A stretch of DNA of 64,000 nucleotides from Octopus sinensis. Taxonomy: Eukaryota. Under the pieces are notes generated by a model. It was given only the letters and a program-made list of their open reading frames with translations, was not told where the DNA came from and made no database searches. This document shows positions 23,801 through 37,900 of this stretch, in pieces; position 1 is the stretch's first letter; each line of letters starts with the position of its first letter. A program made the position numbers and the translations under genes. The DNA is taken from assembly GCF_006345805.1 (NCBI RefSeq), contig NC_043010.1:38440001-38504000 (forward strand). The letters are read 5' to 3'.

Positions 23801-26800
23801 CACAGAGCGAACTGTGTGTGTGTATGTGTGAGTGTGTATGACGTGTTTCTGCAGAGATTCCGTCTACCAAATTCCACCTCGCAAAGAGTATTGCTACAGT
23901 CCGAAGCTAGAAAAGAAAACATTTGCCCCCAGTGTTCCGTACAGTGGAAGTAAATACTGATCAAGTATAAATTACATTGATATATTGTTTTAAAATACAC
24001 CACTTGCACCTGATATATATATACATATCCATTTGTATTTATAAACGGTATTCATTCATTTAGATATGAAACTTTCGTCTGTTACTTGCTACTCCGAGTT
24101 CGGTGTTTGTTTTCCTCAAACGGAAAATATTTGTGCACCAGTGTTTGACCCACGAAAGAAAATATATTTGGCTGAATTGGATTTGGTTTTTGCTTTCACG
24201 AAATTGTTTGAACACTAATTTTTTGAATATGTCGTTGACTGTGTGGCTATCACCTATTTCTTGAAGAAAGGAATGTCTTTAGTATGTCACTGTCTCCAGT
24301 TGGCAGTTTGCCCACGTCGTGTAGGTCAACTATCAAAGCCATTCCAGCCGGGATTTCAAATCTGGGACAGCATTCTCTGGTGTGCCTTAGTATATTTTAA
24401 ATGCGGTGTGGTTTGAAGGTGATTTCACTGCTATTTCTAGCGGATTGAAATCTCACATAGTAGCTGCCTCCGTAGTTTGTACAACTGCTGTGGTAATAAT
24501 AATCTGTGGATCGGGTTTCGAATTACCCTCAGTAATTTCCCCAGTAAATGTTTTTGAATCTACTGCTTTGTTGCTTGGAATATTACAAAATGCCTCGCTG
24601 TGTGAATCGTTAGTTTAATGGGTAGATGGCAGATTAAAAAATAATCAGTGAGACTAGTGCTAGTTTGTGTTGTCATAAAATGCATTTATCTATATAATAG
24701 TGTCAGCTCGTATGTTTTTAGAAGATGAGTTACCGCCGTTTCTCCGTCCGTCACCCATGAGAGCGCAGGCGCTTCGTCCATTTCTTGAGTTGTAGCGCAC
24801 CTCAGCATTGTATGAGATATCGTTTATCGAAGGAAATTTAGCTGTTACATATGAGTAAGGTCCAAGCAATTATATAGCAGTGATCGTCGTGTTATCACCT
24901 GTAGGCGGTCACTGATAGAAACGATTTATGGCGAAGTTCTGGCAATCTTTCTTATCAAATTTTTTTAAAAAACAATAAACTAAAGTTCTTGGACACTCTT
25001 GTGGAGGCATGCCAAAAATATTTCTCCAGAATATAATCAATGAGTTTTTGGATTTGTTTTGCTAGATTCTTTATCTGAGTTCGTGTGTTGAAGCATATTT
25101 TGTTCTGGGGAGAGTCATTCTCTTTTAGTGCCTTATTATTTAACTCACTCACCGGTAAAGATTCCTCTAATTTATTATTATTTTTATTTAGATAAAGTAA
25201 ATGAGTGGAAACTTTACCGGTGAATGTTAAATAATAAGGCACTAAAAGAGAATGACTCTCCCCAGACACAACAAAATAATTGATGAGGTTAACTCTTCGC
25301 CATGTTAAACATTAATCACCTGGAAGATACTGTTCGCACACTGGTGTTACAGGAATCACTATCTTTAGCCATTGGTTTGCATTTCACTATAAGCAAAATA
25401 TGAAAAAGAATTAGGATGGGTGGGGGTGGTTTTTGTTTAATTTCATTGTTCTGGCAGAATCCTTAGCACGCCGGGCGAAATATTTACCGATATTTCGTCT
25501 GCCGCTGTGTTCCGAGTTCAAATTCCGCCGAGGTCGACTTTGCCTTTCATCCTTTCGGGGTCGATTAAATAAGTACCAGTTACGCACTGGAGTCGATATA
25601 ATCGACTTAATCCGTTTGTCTGTCCTTGTTTGTCCCTTCTGTGTTTAGCACCTTGTGGGTAGTAAAGAAATAGGTATTTCGTCTGCCGCTGTGTTTTCCT
25701 AGTTCAAATTTCGCCTAGGTCGACTTCGCCTTTCATCCTTTCGGGGACGAGTAATCAACTAGTCCCCACCCCCACCCCACTAAATTTCAGGCTTTGTACC
25801 TATAATAGAAAAGATTATTTATTTTATACACGACATCGTGGCCAAACCCTACTTCTTCTTTGTCTTCGGCCCTTGTGGCCAATAACAAAAACATTATTCT
25901 GTAGTTTAGTGTCTGTATATGCTTGCATATAGGTGTAACCGTGTTGTATGCAAAAGCTACCTGTTGTAAGTCATAGACGAACACACATTCATTCAATCTT
26001 GTTCACGCATTGATGACTCCGTTCGTTTTGCAGGATTTTTATATTATTTCGTCCTTAGTCACTACCACTTTCATATCATCCCGTGTCCTATTTTTTTCTT
26101 ATTTTTTCAACCACTCCAGTCCAAGTTACCTTGGTTTCGATAAACCATTTGAATGTTGGTATATACGTTTGTTTCTGTATTTATTCATTTATCCCCCCAT
26201 CTCTTCATATCGTTTACTTCTGCTTCAGGTTACCTCTTAGCTGCTCATCAGATCACTGTCTTAAAAATAATTGTTTCTGATTTTTATAATTATAGTTGTT
26301 TATGGTTGAAAATGATAATGGTGGGGAAATGACTTCGTCGGTACATATCTTATAAATAAATGCACCTCATAAACACACGTTTGGATTACAGGGAGGTGCA
26401 AAAGTAGGTATACAGTTATGAAAAAAGGAACCACGTACAATACTAATTTTTATCGAAAAAATTAAAAGTTACGATAAAAGTATTATAGTTATATGTATTA
26501 TTATGATTAATAACACTGGAAATATTAACAAAAAACAATGAGGCTAACTCATTTAATGTGCTAATAATTTTAATGAATTATTATAACATTGATGTGATTT
26601 GCTTCATCTGTATACAATTAAAAGGGTGCTCGAAACAATTGTTAATCAGATACCTCCACTTTGAATGAATATACGTTGTGTCTGTGCATCTTAGCAATCT
26701 ATTTATCATTGCATATGCAATTATATTCTGAGGAGGAAAAAAAGATGAAAGCAGCCATTAAATGTTATTGATAGAAGATAAGGCGCAGCACATTAAGAAC

Positions 26801-27507
26801 CACAATTCATCATTGCTACTGAAAAATATAGAGATCTAAGTAACTTGTAATATTTGAGAGGAAAATAGGGCAAGATGGCAGATTGATTAGAAGAATTAAG
26901 CAATCTTGTTGTTTGTCTTTATTCCTATTCAATTCAGGCCTAGAATTACTGTCGATAGTGGTGTGGGAGTGTGGTATTTTTGGCATTTACCCTTCCTAAG
27001 TTGAAATTAGTACAGGTCAAATACCAAGATCAATTCATTTATATGGGTAATTTACTTCAATTGACAGCAGCTTTGCAAAATTTTATAACCTTGTAAGAAA
27101 TTATTAGAGGTAAAACAAATCTCTCGGATCGCTTTGACCGGCAGATTTTTTAAATAATTTCTTTGTAACTAAACACTTTTAAACTTCGTATACTGGTGGA
27201 ATGTGTTTATAAAACATCTTTTTCTCTTGGCTTTCTTGAGAAAATTCTGTAGTTTGTAAGCTGTTTGTTGTTGAATTTCTTGCATTTCGGCAATTTCAAC
27301 CAATCAATGACATCTATTGAGGTGAATACAATCTCTCCGAATCTTTGGCAGACTACTTTGGATGTGTAGATATAGATGGTGATTCTGGTACTGTTAAAAT
27401 AGTTGTCGTTTTAAAAGGGTGGGTATTTTATTTCTTTGTACTGGTAATTTGTTCTTCATGGTTGATTACACATGCGATTGTCCATTCAATGCTCAGACAC
27501 ATATACT

Positions 27508-27539
<32 letters not shown>

Positions 27540-30500
27540 CATACATATGCATATACTCGTATGCATATAAGTTCACATATGCCCATGTGTGCATATACAC
27601 ACAAACACACATATATATATGTATTATGTGGGTACTTTCATGCATTGTAAACTTGCAGACAGGCACCCTTATGTATACATATAGATACTGCTAATGATAT
27701 TTTATGACATAATGGCAAGCTGGCAGAATCGTTAGCATGACAGATATAATGTTTAGCAGCATTTCATCCTTTATGTCTTGAGTTCAAATGCCACCGAGGT
27801 CGACTCTACCTTTCATCTTTTCAGGCTCAGTAATAAAATGAATACTAGTTGAGCACTGGGGTCTGTGTAATAAACTGACACCCTCCTGCAAAAGTGCTGG
27901 CCTTGAGTACTATGACATTTCTGTATCGGTTATTGCTAACAATCATTCTGCTTTCACAACAGACACTTTTTCTTTTTATCTATTTGTGGTATCTTCACTT
28001 CTGATAAATAGATTAGTAACGTTAATAATACAATGATTTCTAACATAGGCACAAGGTCACTTTTTTTTTCATTCTTTTTCGAATGGTATAACCAATTAAA
28101 TTGAACCAGTATTTTGACTGATACTTTTATTTTTAATAACTTCCTTCCCTTCTCTGAAAGGAAGCATAAAGATAAAAATTAATAGCTATTCATACTTTAA
28201 AATTTAGCTATAGAATTTAGCATACTTTTCTCACAAAGCGTAAAACTGAAATAAACTATTGTTTGCTTTTATTTTTTATATTTAACATTGGTACAAAAAT
28301 ACAAATATGTAGGGCAGGAATTGTAACCAATGAATTAACATCAGTGAATTACTGGTACTTTATTTGGTGACTCTATGGCAAAGGGTCTCGACTAGGGTCC
28401 ATACAACCCTTGGAGGTCCACATAAAATTTTGCTATTAAAATTTATTTGCAATAAATTGGTTGTACTTTTACAATACACAAAATATTGAAAGAAAAAAAA
28501 ATTTATACAGTTCCTAATAATATTTAATCATAAAAATATAGAGAAATTATTATTTCTAAATCTCTCAATGAGAGATTCAGTAACAGTACTCTAAAGTAAA
28601 GATTATTTGTCAACATAATGTGGCAGTCCCAGTTGGGACAAATATTACTGTTATTTAGCCCCAGGAAACATTGTCTCCAGCTGGCTGCCAAGCAATTATT
28701 CTGTGCTGACGAAGAGAAATAACCCAGAAACTGCGGTATGCAAATATTGCTTTGTGCTGAATTGTTTGAAAATATAAGGACACAGTGTGTTGTCTAGCCA
28801 GCTGGAGACGGTTTCCTGGGGCTAAATAACAGTAACATTTGTCCCAACTGTGACTGCCACATTATGTTGGCAAATAATCTTTACTTTAGAGTACTGTTAC
28901 TGAATGTCTTTCGTTGAGAGATTTAGAAATAATTTTTCTGTTTATTAGATCAGTGATGGTGTGTCACTTTGAAAATTACATATTCAAACAGGAATTTATC
29001 AGCACCATCTCTAGCCAAGCAGTTATTCTGTGCTGATGAAAGGAAATAGAAACCACGGTACGCAGATATTGCTTTGTGCTGAGTGGTGATGCTAAAACTC
29101 CCTTGTTCGAAAATATAAGGACACAGATAGTGTGTTGTATAGCCAGCTGGAGACAATGTTTCATGGGGCTAAATGACAGTAATATTCGTCCCAACTGGGA
29201 TTGCCATATTATATTGGCAAATAATCTTCATAAAAATATAATGGTCTTTTAAACACTGAATGGCTAGGAGGGTCTACCCTGAGTAAAATAGGAATCAAAT
29301 GGGGTCCATAGGCAAAACGTGGTTAAGAAACACTCTTAAAGTGTTAACAACAAAGGCAAGTCAACACACTTGCAACCAGCCCTTTGCACTCTTCTGCTCT
29401 GTGTATTCAACAATTAATTTTAAAACCTTTATTTTATGACGGCTAGAGTGTGGTCCAAAAAGCCTGTGATTGTTTATGTTTAGAATCCTGTTCTAGGATT
29501 GGTGTGAGAGGCTGGATCTGGCCAATCTGAACATAAAATAGGTTGTTTGACCCTTTAGCATTCAGATTACTTTGTCAAAGGTAAAGCTTATTTGTTCACG
29601 TTGTTTTTGAATTAAGCATGTATTATCTCATAGCTTCAATATTTCAATGATGATATTGTGCATTTTTAGAATGATATTTTAGGATCTGTGCGAGAAGCCA
29701 AATCTGGCCAATTTGAACATAAACCCAGTAGAATATTTTGGCCAGCGAGCCAAGGCGGCTAGCTGGCAGAAACATTAGCATGCCAGGTGAAATGCTTAGC
29801 GGTATTTCGTCTGCCATTGCATTCTGAGTTCAATTTCCGCCAAGGTCGACTTTGCCTTTCATCCTTTCAGGATCGATTAAATAAGTACCAGTTACACACT
29901 GGGGTCAATATAATCGACTTAATCCGTTTGTCTGTCCTATGTGTTTCACCCCTTGTGGGTAGTAAAGAAATAGGTATTTTATCTGCCATTACATTCTGAG
30001 TTCAAATTCCGCCAAGGTTGACTTTGTCTATCCTTGTTTGTCCCCTTTTATGTTTAGCCCCTTGTGGGCAGTAAAGAAATAAGAATATTTTGGCCAGATA
30101 TGGCTGCTTTAAATGCTAAAGGGTTAAATCAGCAAAGAGTTACTCTGCCTTTTGGTGATTTTCAATTTTGCTTTACATTTATCTTAGACATCAAATCTGC
30201 TTTCCTATAAATGTGTATTACTTCCTGCATTTCAGAGTATTTTTAACCCCTTTGATGCCAACCTGCCTGGATTGCCCTTGTCCTAGGATACAAATATCCT
30301 GGTTTAAAGTGAACTAAAAATTAAAACCTTCTGTAAAAATTTTGTGTTATGTTCCGAACACCAACTTCATAATGAGTTATTTTATGAAATTCTTCATTAT
30401 TTTCACAATTAATTGTAACACATGAAGTGTATTCCAACAGAGGCATGGTAATGAAGGGGTCAAGGACCATTGCCAAACTTCTCTTTTATGGTATTTATTG

Positions 30501-31920
30501 CATCATCAACATTATTTCATGTCTATTTTGTTCCCCTATGTGTAGAATAAAGTTTAAAGTTGTCTGCTCAGAAATATCTAATAAAGTGGATGCCTAAATG
30601 ATATTGTTGTAGTCAGTCTCATACTGGACGTGTATGAAGTTCTGCACATCATCATTTAATGTCCGTTTTCCATGCTGGCATGGGTTGGACGGTTTGACTG
30701 AGGTTTGGAAAGCCAGTGGCTGCACCAAGATCCAATCTGATCCGGGTGCTTTTTATATGCCACCTGCACAGGAGCCAGTCAGGTGAGCCTGGCATTGATC
30801 ATGTTCGGATAGTGCTTTTTACGTGCCACCAGCACGGGAGCCGATCATTCTTATATTCTTTTCTACTCTAGGCACAAGGCCCGAAATTTTGGGGGAGCAG
30901 GGCAGCAGTCAATTAGATCGACCCCTATAGGATGAAAGGCAAAGTCGACCTCGGCGAAATTTGAACTAAGAACGTAAAGACAGACAAAATACTGCTAAGC
31001 ATTTCACCTGGCATGCTAACATTTCTGCCACCTCACCACCTTCCAATCTGATTTATATTTTAAGAAGAATGACTGGAAAAAGTCATCAAAAATGTATTGA
31101 TTCTTTTACAAAGATATACAGCTAGCTGGAAGTTTAGGATCTTTTTGGTTTGCAGTGAATAATTATACACATTTTACTGCAGCTTATGAACATTCAGCAC
31201 TGCCCTTACACTCCCAGGGTTTCTTTAACTGCTAGAGTGAGAACTGCTATATATTGGAGAACTGCAGTGTGGTCCTGCGATGGAGTAGAAGTTGAAATAC
31301 TATATCTCTAACGAATCTGTTGACCATATCAGATCACTCAACAAACTACATTCGCGACAAATGTGTTGGATTATTTCTGACTTTGGGCTGAGCAACATAC
31401 ACTGAACCTGTTTAATTCCCACCCTTGCTAATATTCCCATTTTTTTTTTTTCAGTTGTCTTTTGCCATCTAATGACAACAACCACTGCCTTAACTTTGAG
31501 ATCTTTGCTTCTTGAACTACCAACAAACTCTGTGGTAACCACAGTTACATCTCTCCTGGTTCTCTTGTTGATGTAGATCGTCCATAATCTATATATGGAA
31601 TTTTTAATTTGTTTTTTACTTTAGATAGTTAAGTCCATAAGTCAGTGAAATGATAAGTTGTAACACTAGTGGATAAATGTCTGTAATCTGATAACAGTTC
31701 ACTGCTAAGTAGGTTATACTAATGTAGAGTTTATTGTCTTCTTCAGTGGAGCTAGTTATTGTGTGTGTATGTCTGTGTGTAAAAGTATGTGTGGTGTTGT
31801 TATTTCATGTATTTTCTTGGTTTCAAGCTTCTTGTCTGTAAACATGGATGCCTGCAGCAGTCAGTGTATGAAGATGAATGTGTGTGTTTAAAGAGAGCAA
31901 GATGTGTGTATGAGTATATA

Positions 31921-31952
<32 letters not shown>

Positions 31953-34900
31953 GAGGCAACTGCTATCTCTGTGTGTTATCATTTACCTATGAACCCTCTC
32001 AATCCTTTTCAGTGTTGAATGAAAGGGAAAAACTAGGTTAATCTAGAAATGAGTTGAATTTTTAGTTTAGGTTTTAGTGATAGAAGTATTTTCATGAAAT
32101 GGACTTTTTAATAGCATTGTAAGCTTCGGATCTTTTCGGGTTTGAACGGCAGTTTTTTCTAGCGGTGTCATATGAAATTGTCACCCATAATTATGACTCT
32201 AGTATCGATCTATTGTATTTCAATCTATTTTAGGGTTAGGATTAGGGGTGGGGGAAGGGTATCTTTTTTTCTTCACAAATGTAAATAAACCCAATCTGTT
32301 TCTTAAACGGGGGACATATTCATACGGCACAGAATGTTGTTTACCTCAATGGACATCAGTGATTTGTTGAAATTGCAGGAATTTAAGAAAAAAACAACAA
32401 ATATCTTACAAACTATAGAATTTTCTCAATAAAGCCAAGAGAAAAAGATGTTTTGTAAACACATTCTACCAGTATACGAAGTTTAAAATTTTTTAGTTAC
32501 CTAGAAATTATGTTAAAAACTGCCATTCAAACCAAAAAGATCCTAAACTTCCAGCTAGTTGTATATCTCTGTAAAAGAATCAATACATTTTTGATGACTT
32601 TTTCCAGTCATTCTTCTTAAAATATAAACCAGATTGGAAGGCGGCGAGCTAGCAGAAACGTTAGCATGCCAGGCGAAATGTTTAGTGGTATTTTGTCTGC
32701 GTTACGTTCTTAGTTCAAATTTCGCCGAGGTCGACTTTGCCTTTCATCCTTTTGGGGTCGATAAATTAAGTACCAGCGGCATATTAGGGTCAATCTAATT
32801 GACTGCTGCCCAACTCCCCCAAAATTTTGGGCCTTGTGCCTAGAGTAGAAAAGAATACAAACCAGGTTGGGATATGGGAGCGCAGAAAATTTGCTGATTA
32901 TAGGTATTTTAGTTAATTTAACCCTCTTGTTACTATATATCTGCTAAGATACTGTGCATCTCTTGATTAATTTTAAAAATGATGAAAGGCTTAAAATAAC
33001 TTCATCTTGGTGTTAGGTTTTTGGTTTAAATTGCTTTAAAACATCTGCATCACAGAGCTACAGACAATTGTAGTTAGGTTGGTACCCAAAGGGTTAAAAG
33101 GTGCTGAACCATCAGTCAGTGGCATTGGACAGAAATTTTTGTGGTGTTTGTTCTGGCTTTCTACATTTTGCGTTCAAGTCCTAAGAACAACTTAACACTT
33201 TGTCCTTTTCGGGAGTTCAATAAAGTACCAGTCTAGAATATGGATTAACAGCATTGTTAGAACTTTGGCTATTGGTGTTTTGGGTTGTTTTTTTTTTTTT
33301 GATAAGAAATTTAATGAAAATACTTAACAACATTGATAAAGAACAATAAAAATTGAGTTATGTAATATTCTTTTCTACTCTAAGCACAAGGCCCGAAATT
33401 TTTGGAGAGGTGGCCAGTTGATTAGATTGACCCCAGTAAGCAACTGGCACTTAATTTATTGATCCTGAAAGGATGAAAGACAAAGTCGACCTCAGCTGAA
33501 TTTGAACTCAGAACGTAAAGACAGATGAAATACTGCTAAGCATTTCGCCCTGCATGCTAACATTTCTGCCAGCTCACTGCCTTTGAGTTCTATAATATTG
33601 ATATAGTCGGAAGATTAAAGTGAAATGAGTTTAGGGGCTACTAGGTATTGCATCAATGTTTGGCTGGAAATTAGTTTTTGCCTCAGATTACCATGCTCTT
33701 CCTGATTCAGTTTGCTAATAATTCAGTTCCTTTAACACTCCCAATGATTTGAGGTGTATATCAGCCCCTTGGGTGACATACACCCCCCAGGAGTCAATAT
33801 TGACCACTCTACCAACTTTTACCTTAGACACTAAAATGATTCTACCAATCCACTACTCCAGATACTCTCTCTCTTTTACTTGTTTCAGTCATTTGACTGT
33901 GGCCATGCTGGAGTACCGCCTTTAGTTGAGCAAATCGACCCCAGGACTTATTCTTTGTAAGCCTTGTACTTATTGACCTTACATACCTAAATCAGAAATG
34001 ATTCATATTCTTTTCTACTCTAGGCACAAGGCCCGAAATTTTGGGGGAGGTTTGGGCCAGTTGATTAGGTCAACTCCAGTATGTGACTGGTACTTAATTT
34101 ATCGACCTTGAAAAGATGAAAGGCAAAGCCAACCTCAGCCGAAATTGAACTCTGAATGTAGAGACAGACGAAATATCGCTAAGCATTTTGCCTGCCATGG
34201 TAAAACTCCTGCCAGCTCACTGCCTTAGAAATGATTCATATTAAAGTATTATGTGTGTTGAAAGCTAATCTCAATCAATTCTTGTTTGTTTCAGTTCCCA
34301 AAAATGTCGGGATCCCGCAGTGCTTCAATTCAGTCCGAACAAACTACTCTGGTACTCGTCCCCACTTAATGATTGGTAATGACACTAAATTGATCTGTCA
34401 GGGTTTAACTGGAAAACAGGTAATATTTCATTTTACTTTTCACTCTTTTCAAAAATTCTTTCTGTTTTTTTTTTCATTGTAATAGCTTTATTCACTTACG
34501 TACATATCATTGCAAATGTTGACAATACAAACCAACAAATAAAACTTTATTTACATGAAGAGTCAACGTCAAGGACACATTTGATTATGTAGTTCTTGAT
34601 GTAAGAATAAAAAATGGGATCATAGCAGCTAGAACACATTCTACGATAGGCCTGTAGAATCAGGGATAACCTAGTAGATAGGAGTGAACAAATGCAGTTG
34701 TCAGGTTCACTCAATACCACATGGTTGGAAACGCAATTTAATTCATAATCTATTTAAGGTGAATTGACAGTCATTAGAGCACAGGACAAATGACTTGTAT
34801 TTTTTTCCTCCAACTCTCTGAGTTCAAAGGTCAATTTTTCCATCCATCCTTTTTGGTCCGACAGAATTACTGTATTTTAACATATATAAGGAACCCCCTA

Positions 34901-37900
34901 ATTTTGGGGGCTTAAAATTTGGAAAAAGGGTTTTGCAAGGGATTATAATACTATCCATATATAAAAATCTCCCGTATTTTTTTAACCTAATTCTTGACAA
35001 AAAAGGGTTCTTTATACACATTAAAATACAGTGATTACCAATCAAGGGAAATGGTTTGCTGGAATTATCAGCACATCAAACAAGGTGCCTTTTGGTATTT
35101 GTTGCAGCTCTTTGATCTCTTAGTTTCTGAGTAGTAGGACTTAATCCATTCCTCGGTGTAACACCAACACTTGGTCCATGGCTATCTTTAGAAGAGTTTA
35201 CATTTTGTTGCAAGTGTTCAGGCTAAGTGTCTGCTTTGAGCATAACTTTTTTCCTTCCAATCAATGTCCCCAGAAATGACCAAGGGTTACAGGTGCTCTC
35301 TTCCTTTGCTGACCTACTGGTACAAAACTAAAAAGAGGCACTTGAGAAAGAAAAAAACATCATAACAATATTGGGGTCTCACTGAATTAAAAATCCTTAG
35401 TACTAATTCTTGACAAAAAAAAGGGTTCCTTATACACATTAAAATGCAGTGAGTACCAATCAAGGGAAATGGTTTGCTGGAATTATCAGGGCATCAGACA
35501 AGGTGCTTTTTGGTATTTGTTGCAGCTCTTTGATCTCTTAGTTTCAGAGTAGTAGGACTTAATCCATTTGCAGGAGGGGGCTCGTTGATTACATCAGCCT
35601 CAGTGTTCAACTGGTACTTAATTTATTGACCTCCAAAACAATAAAAGGCAAAGTTGACCATGGCAGCATTTGAACTCAGAGTGTAAAGACAGATGGAATG
35701 TTGCTGTGCATTTTGTCCGGTGTGCTAATGATTCTGCCAGTTCACTGCCTTGACCAAACTGAAGTTATATCTGGTTTAGCTGAGGTTGACTTTGCCTTTC
35801 ATCCTCTTGGGCTCAGTAAAATTAGTACCAGTCAGAGACATGGGGCCTGATGTAATCAGCTTACCCGCTCTTCTGAAATTGTTGGCCTTGTGCCGAAATT
35901 TGAAAATATCATCTGATTTAGGTAAAGTAAAATATGCCAGGTTTGTTATGCTCAGGTAAGAATCTTCTAGTTCAATTAACAAGCAGTCACTTTTCTCTCT
36001 TTTTTCTGAGAAAACCCACCGGTAGCCAAGTTAATAGACAACCAATTGTGTTTTATATCCATGACAAAGACATGTCTGCCTAACCCGATTCCAGGCAGTG
36101 ACTTGAATAATAATAATAATAATAACATCGAAAAATACTTTAGGAATGAGAACCCAGGATCAAAATTTCCCCAAGACACCTGATGAAAGCTGGAGGGTAT
36201 ATAAGCTGAAACATGTTTACAACAAACAAGATGAGGACAAATATCCGTCAAATGTAAATAATGTACATTATTGCATCCTAAATTAGTAAGGTGTGATTTC
36301 AGATTGATTAGTCATTGTTTTTAACTGGTCAATTAACTACATATAGGTTCTTTTGACTCTCCTTACTTAGGAGGTTGTTAACCCCAGGGTTAGTCTTTTT
36401 TATTTGAGTAATAGTTTCATAATAAAAGGTAGCCCAATCTTTATTCAGACATAGTGTATCTAGACGTACATTTTTTTTCTTTTCTTTTTAAAGATAGTAA
36501 GGTGTAGTTTATAAAAGAACGAATTCCTTTCTTGGCTCCTTTTATGTAGGAAATAATCATAGGTTTTATTATTCAGCATTATAAATAGTCCTTGCCATTT
36601 CATGGGCTCATAATTCTTTGATGGAGTTGTAGCAGAGCAGTAGAATTACTTTGCCCCAGCATATCAGTACAGTGGTGCTGCATTCCTCTGCTCTTTAAAG
36701 CTAGCGGTGGAGTAATACACTTGACGACTTCCGCCCAGAGTAACGATGCGGATTTTTCAAGAGCATTTATTCAGTCACTGTCTAAATGTCGGAACGTTAA
36801 CACCTAGTTCCCTTTTGTTGCTGTTTGCTTTATTCCATTCGGATAGACACTAAACTATCCACAAGCTTGTAGCTCGTCTAGCTCGACACACTATGGATCC
36901 TCTAAGAGTTGCTGCTGAGGTATTGAATGGGGTACAACATAATTGGCCAGTCTGTCAGTGGTCTTCCTCCGCTCTTTAACCCGTTCGTTACCGTATTTAT
37001 TTTGAGATGCTCTGTGTTTCATTCAATTAATTTTAATTATAACATGGAATTTAGTAAAAGAACTTAGTTATCATTAGGCTAGTGTTGGGAACATAAATTG
37101 TGACTAAGGTTTGGTGGAAGATTTTAATTCAATACTTATGAAAGTAAGACATTTGTACTACAGAGCCAGAGGCGGTTTTGGCCGGGTTGGTATCAAAAGG
37201 GTTAAAAGCTTGCAGTGGAGGAACACAGCACCACTGTGCTGCTATGCTGGGGCGGAGTAATTCTATTGCCCTGCTACAGAGTCATAGAGGCACTGTCTTG
37301 ATATATATGTCTAAGGCAGTTTTAAACCTGATCAAACCCATCCCCATCCAGATCTGGCCAGAGTTGATTCCTTTCGATAGGAGAGAAGCACGAAAATAAT
37401 AATAAAGAGGATTAACTCCAGTATAGAACTGTTGCTTTGCTTTTCATCCTTTCAATGTTGATAAATTCAGCATCAGCATGATTTGAATTCATATTGGCAA
37501 GTACAGGAGACCAGAAAACCATAGACTTCACCATACTTACCAAAACAATTAAACCACATTATTGAGCATAATGTCTTTTCCTCAACACAGTTCTTAAATT
37601 TTTTGTGTTCACTACATATGTTAAAACTAACTTATCAATTATTTTCATGCAGATGGCGTTCCTAAGTTCCTTTTTATCTCAAATATCAATTTTAGTTACC
37701 TGTTGTCCTGTAACCTTATTTTTCTTGAACTGTAGGCCTACATGTTTTACTCCTCTTTTACAGGGTACGTTCCACAGTGAACAATGTATTAGTTATGGAA
37801 CACAAATGGTGGGAGGTGTGTCACCTGCCAAAGCTGGCACCACACATCTAGGTTTACCTGTATTTGCTTCTGTCAAGGAGGTGAGTGTAACGGATTAAAC

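Larger units (their letters stand above)
28541..29227 (+). mobile_element. Penelope-like pLTR insertion: inverted segment plus partial tandem repeat, two hammerhead motifs, 13-bp TSD
   Basis: TCATAAAAATATA at 28528-28540 and 29228-29240; ~135-bp inverted arms 28550-28686 and 28796-28932; direct repeat ~28686-28880 vs ~29012-29227. Confidence 0.72.
28374..29336 (+). mobile_element. Degraded hAT-like MITE (host of the 28541-29227 insertion)
   Basis: ggggtccataggcaaaacgtggttaagaaacact right end; related opposite-orientation copy at ~52565-52775. Confidence 0.4.

Noticed and set aside
24500-24545. Minus-strand CTGAGGG…GAAAC motif
   Set aside because: Core mismatch and no stem I pairing.
27352-27422. 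[18 protein letters not shown]… as an alternative SUCLG1 exon
   Set aside because: The available donors give 67 or 71 nt, which breaks the phase-1/phase-1 frame between exons 1 and 2, and there is no similarity to SCS-alpha.
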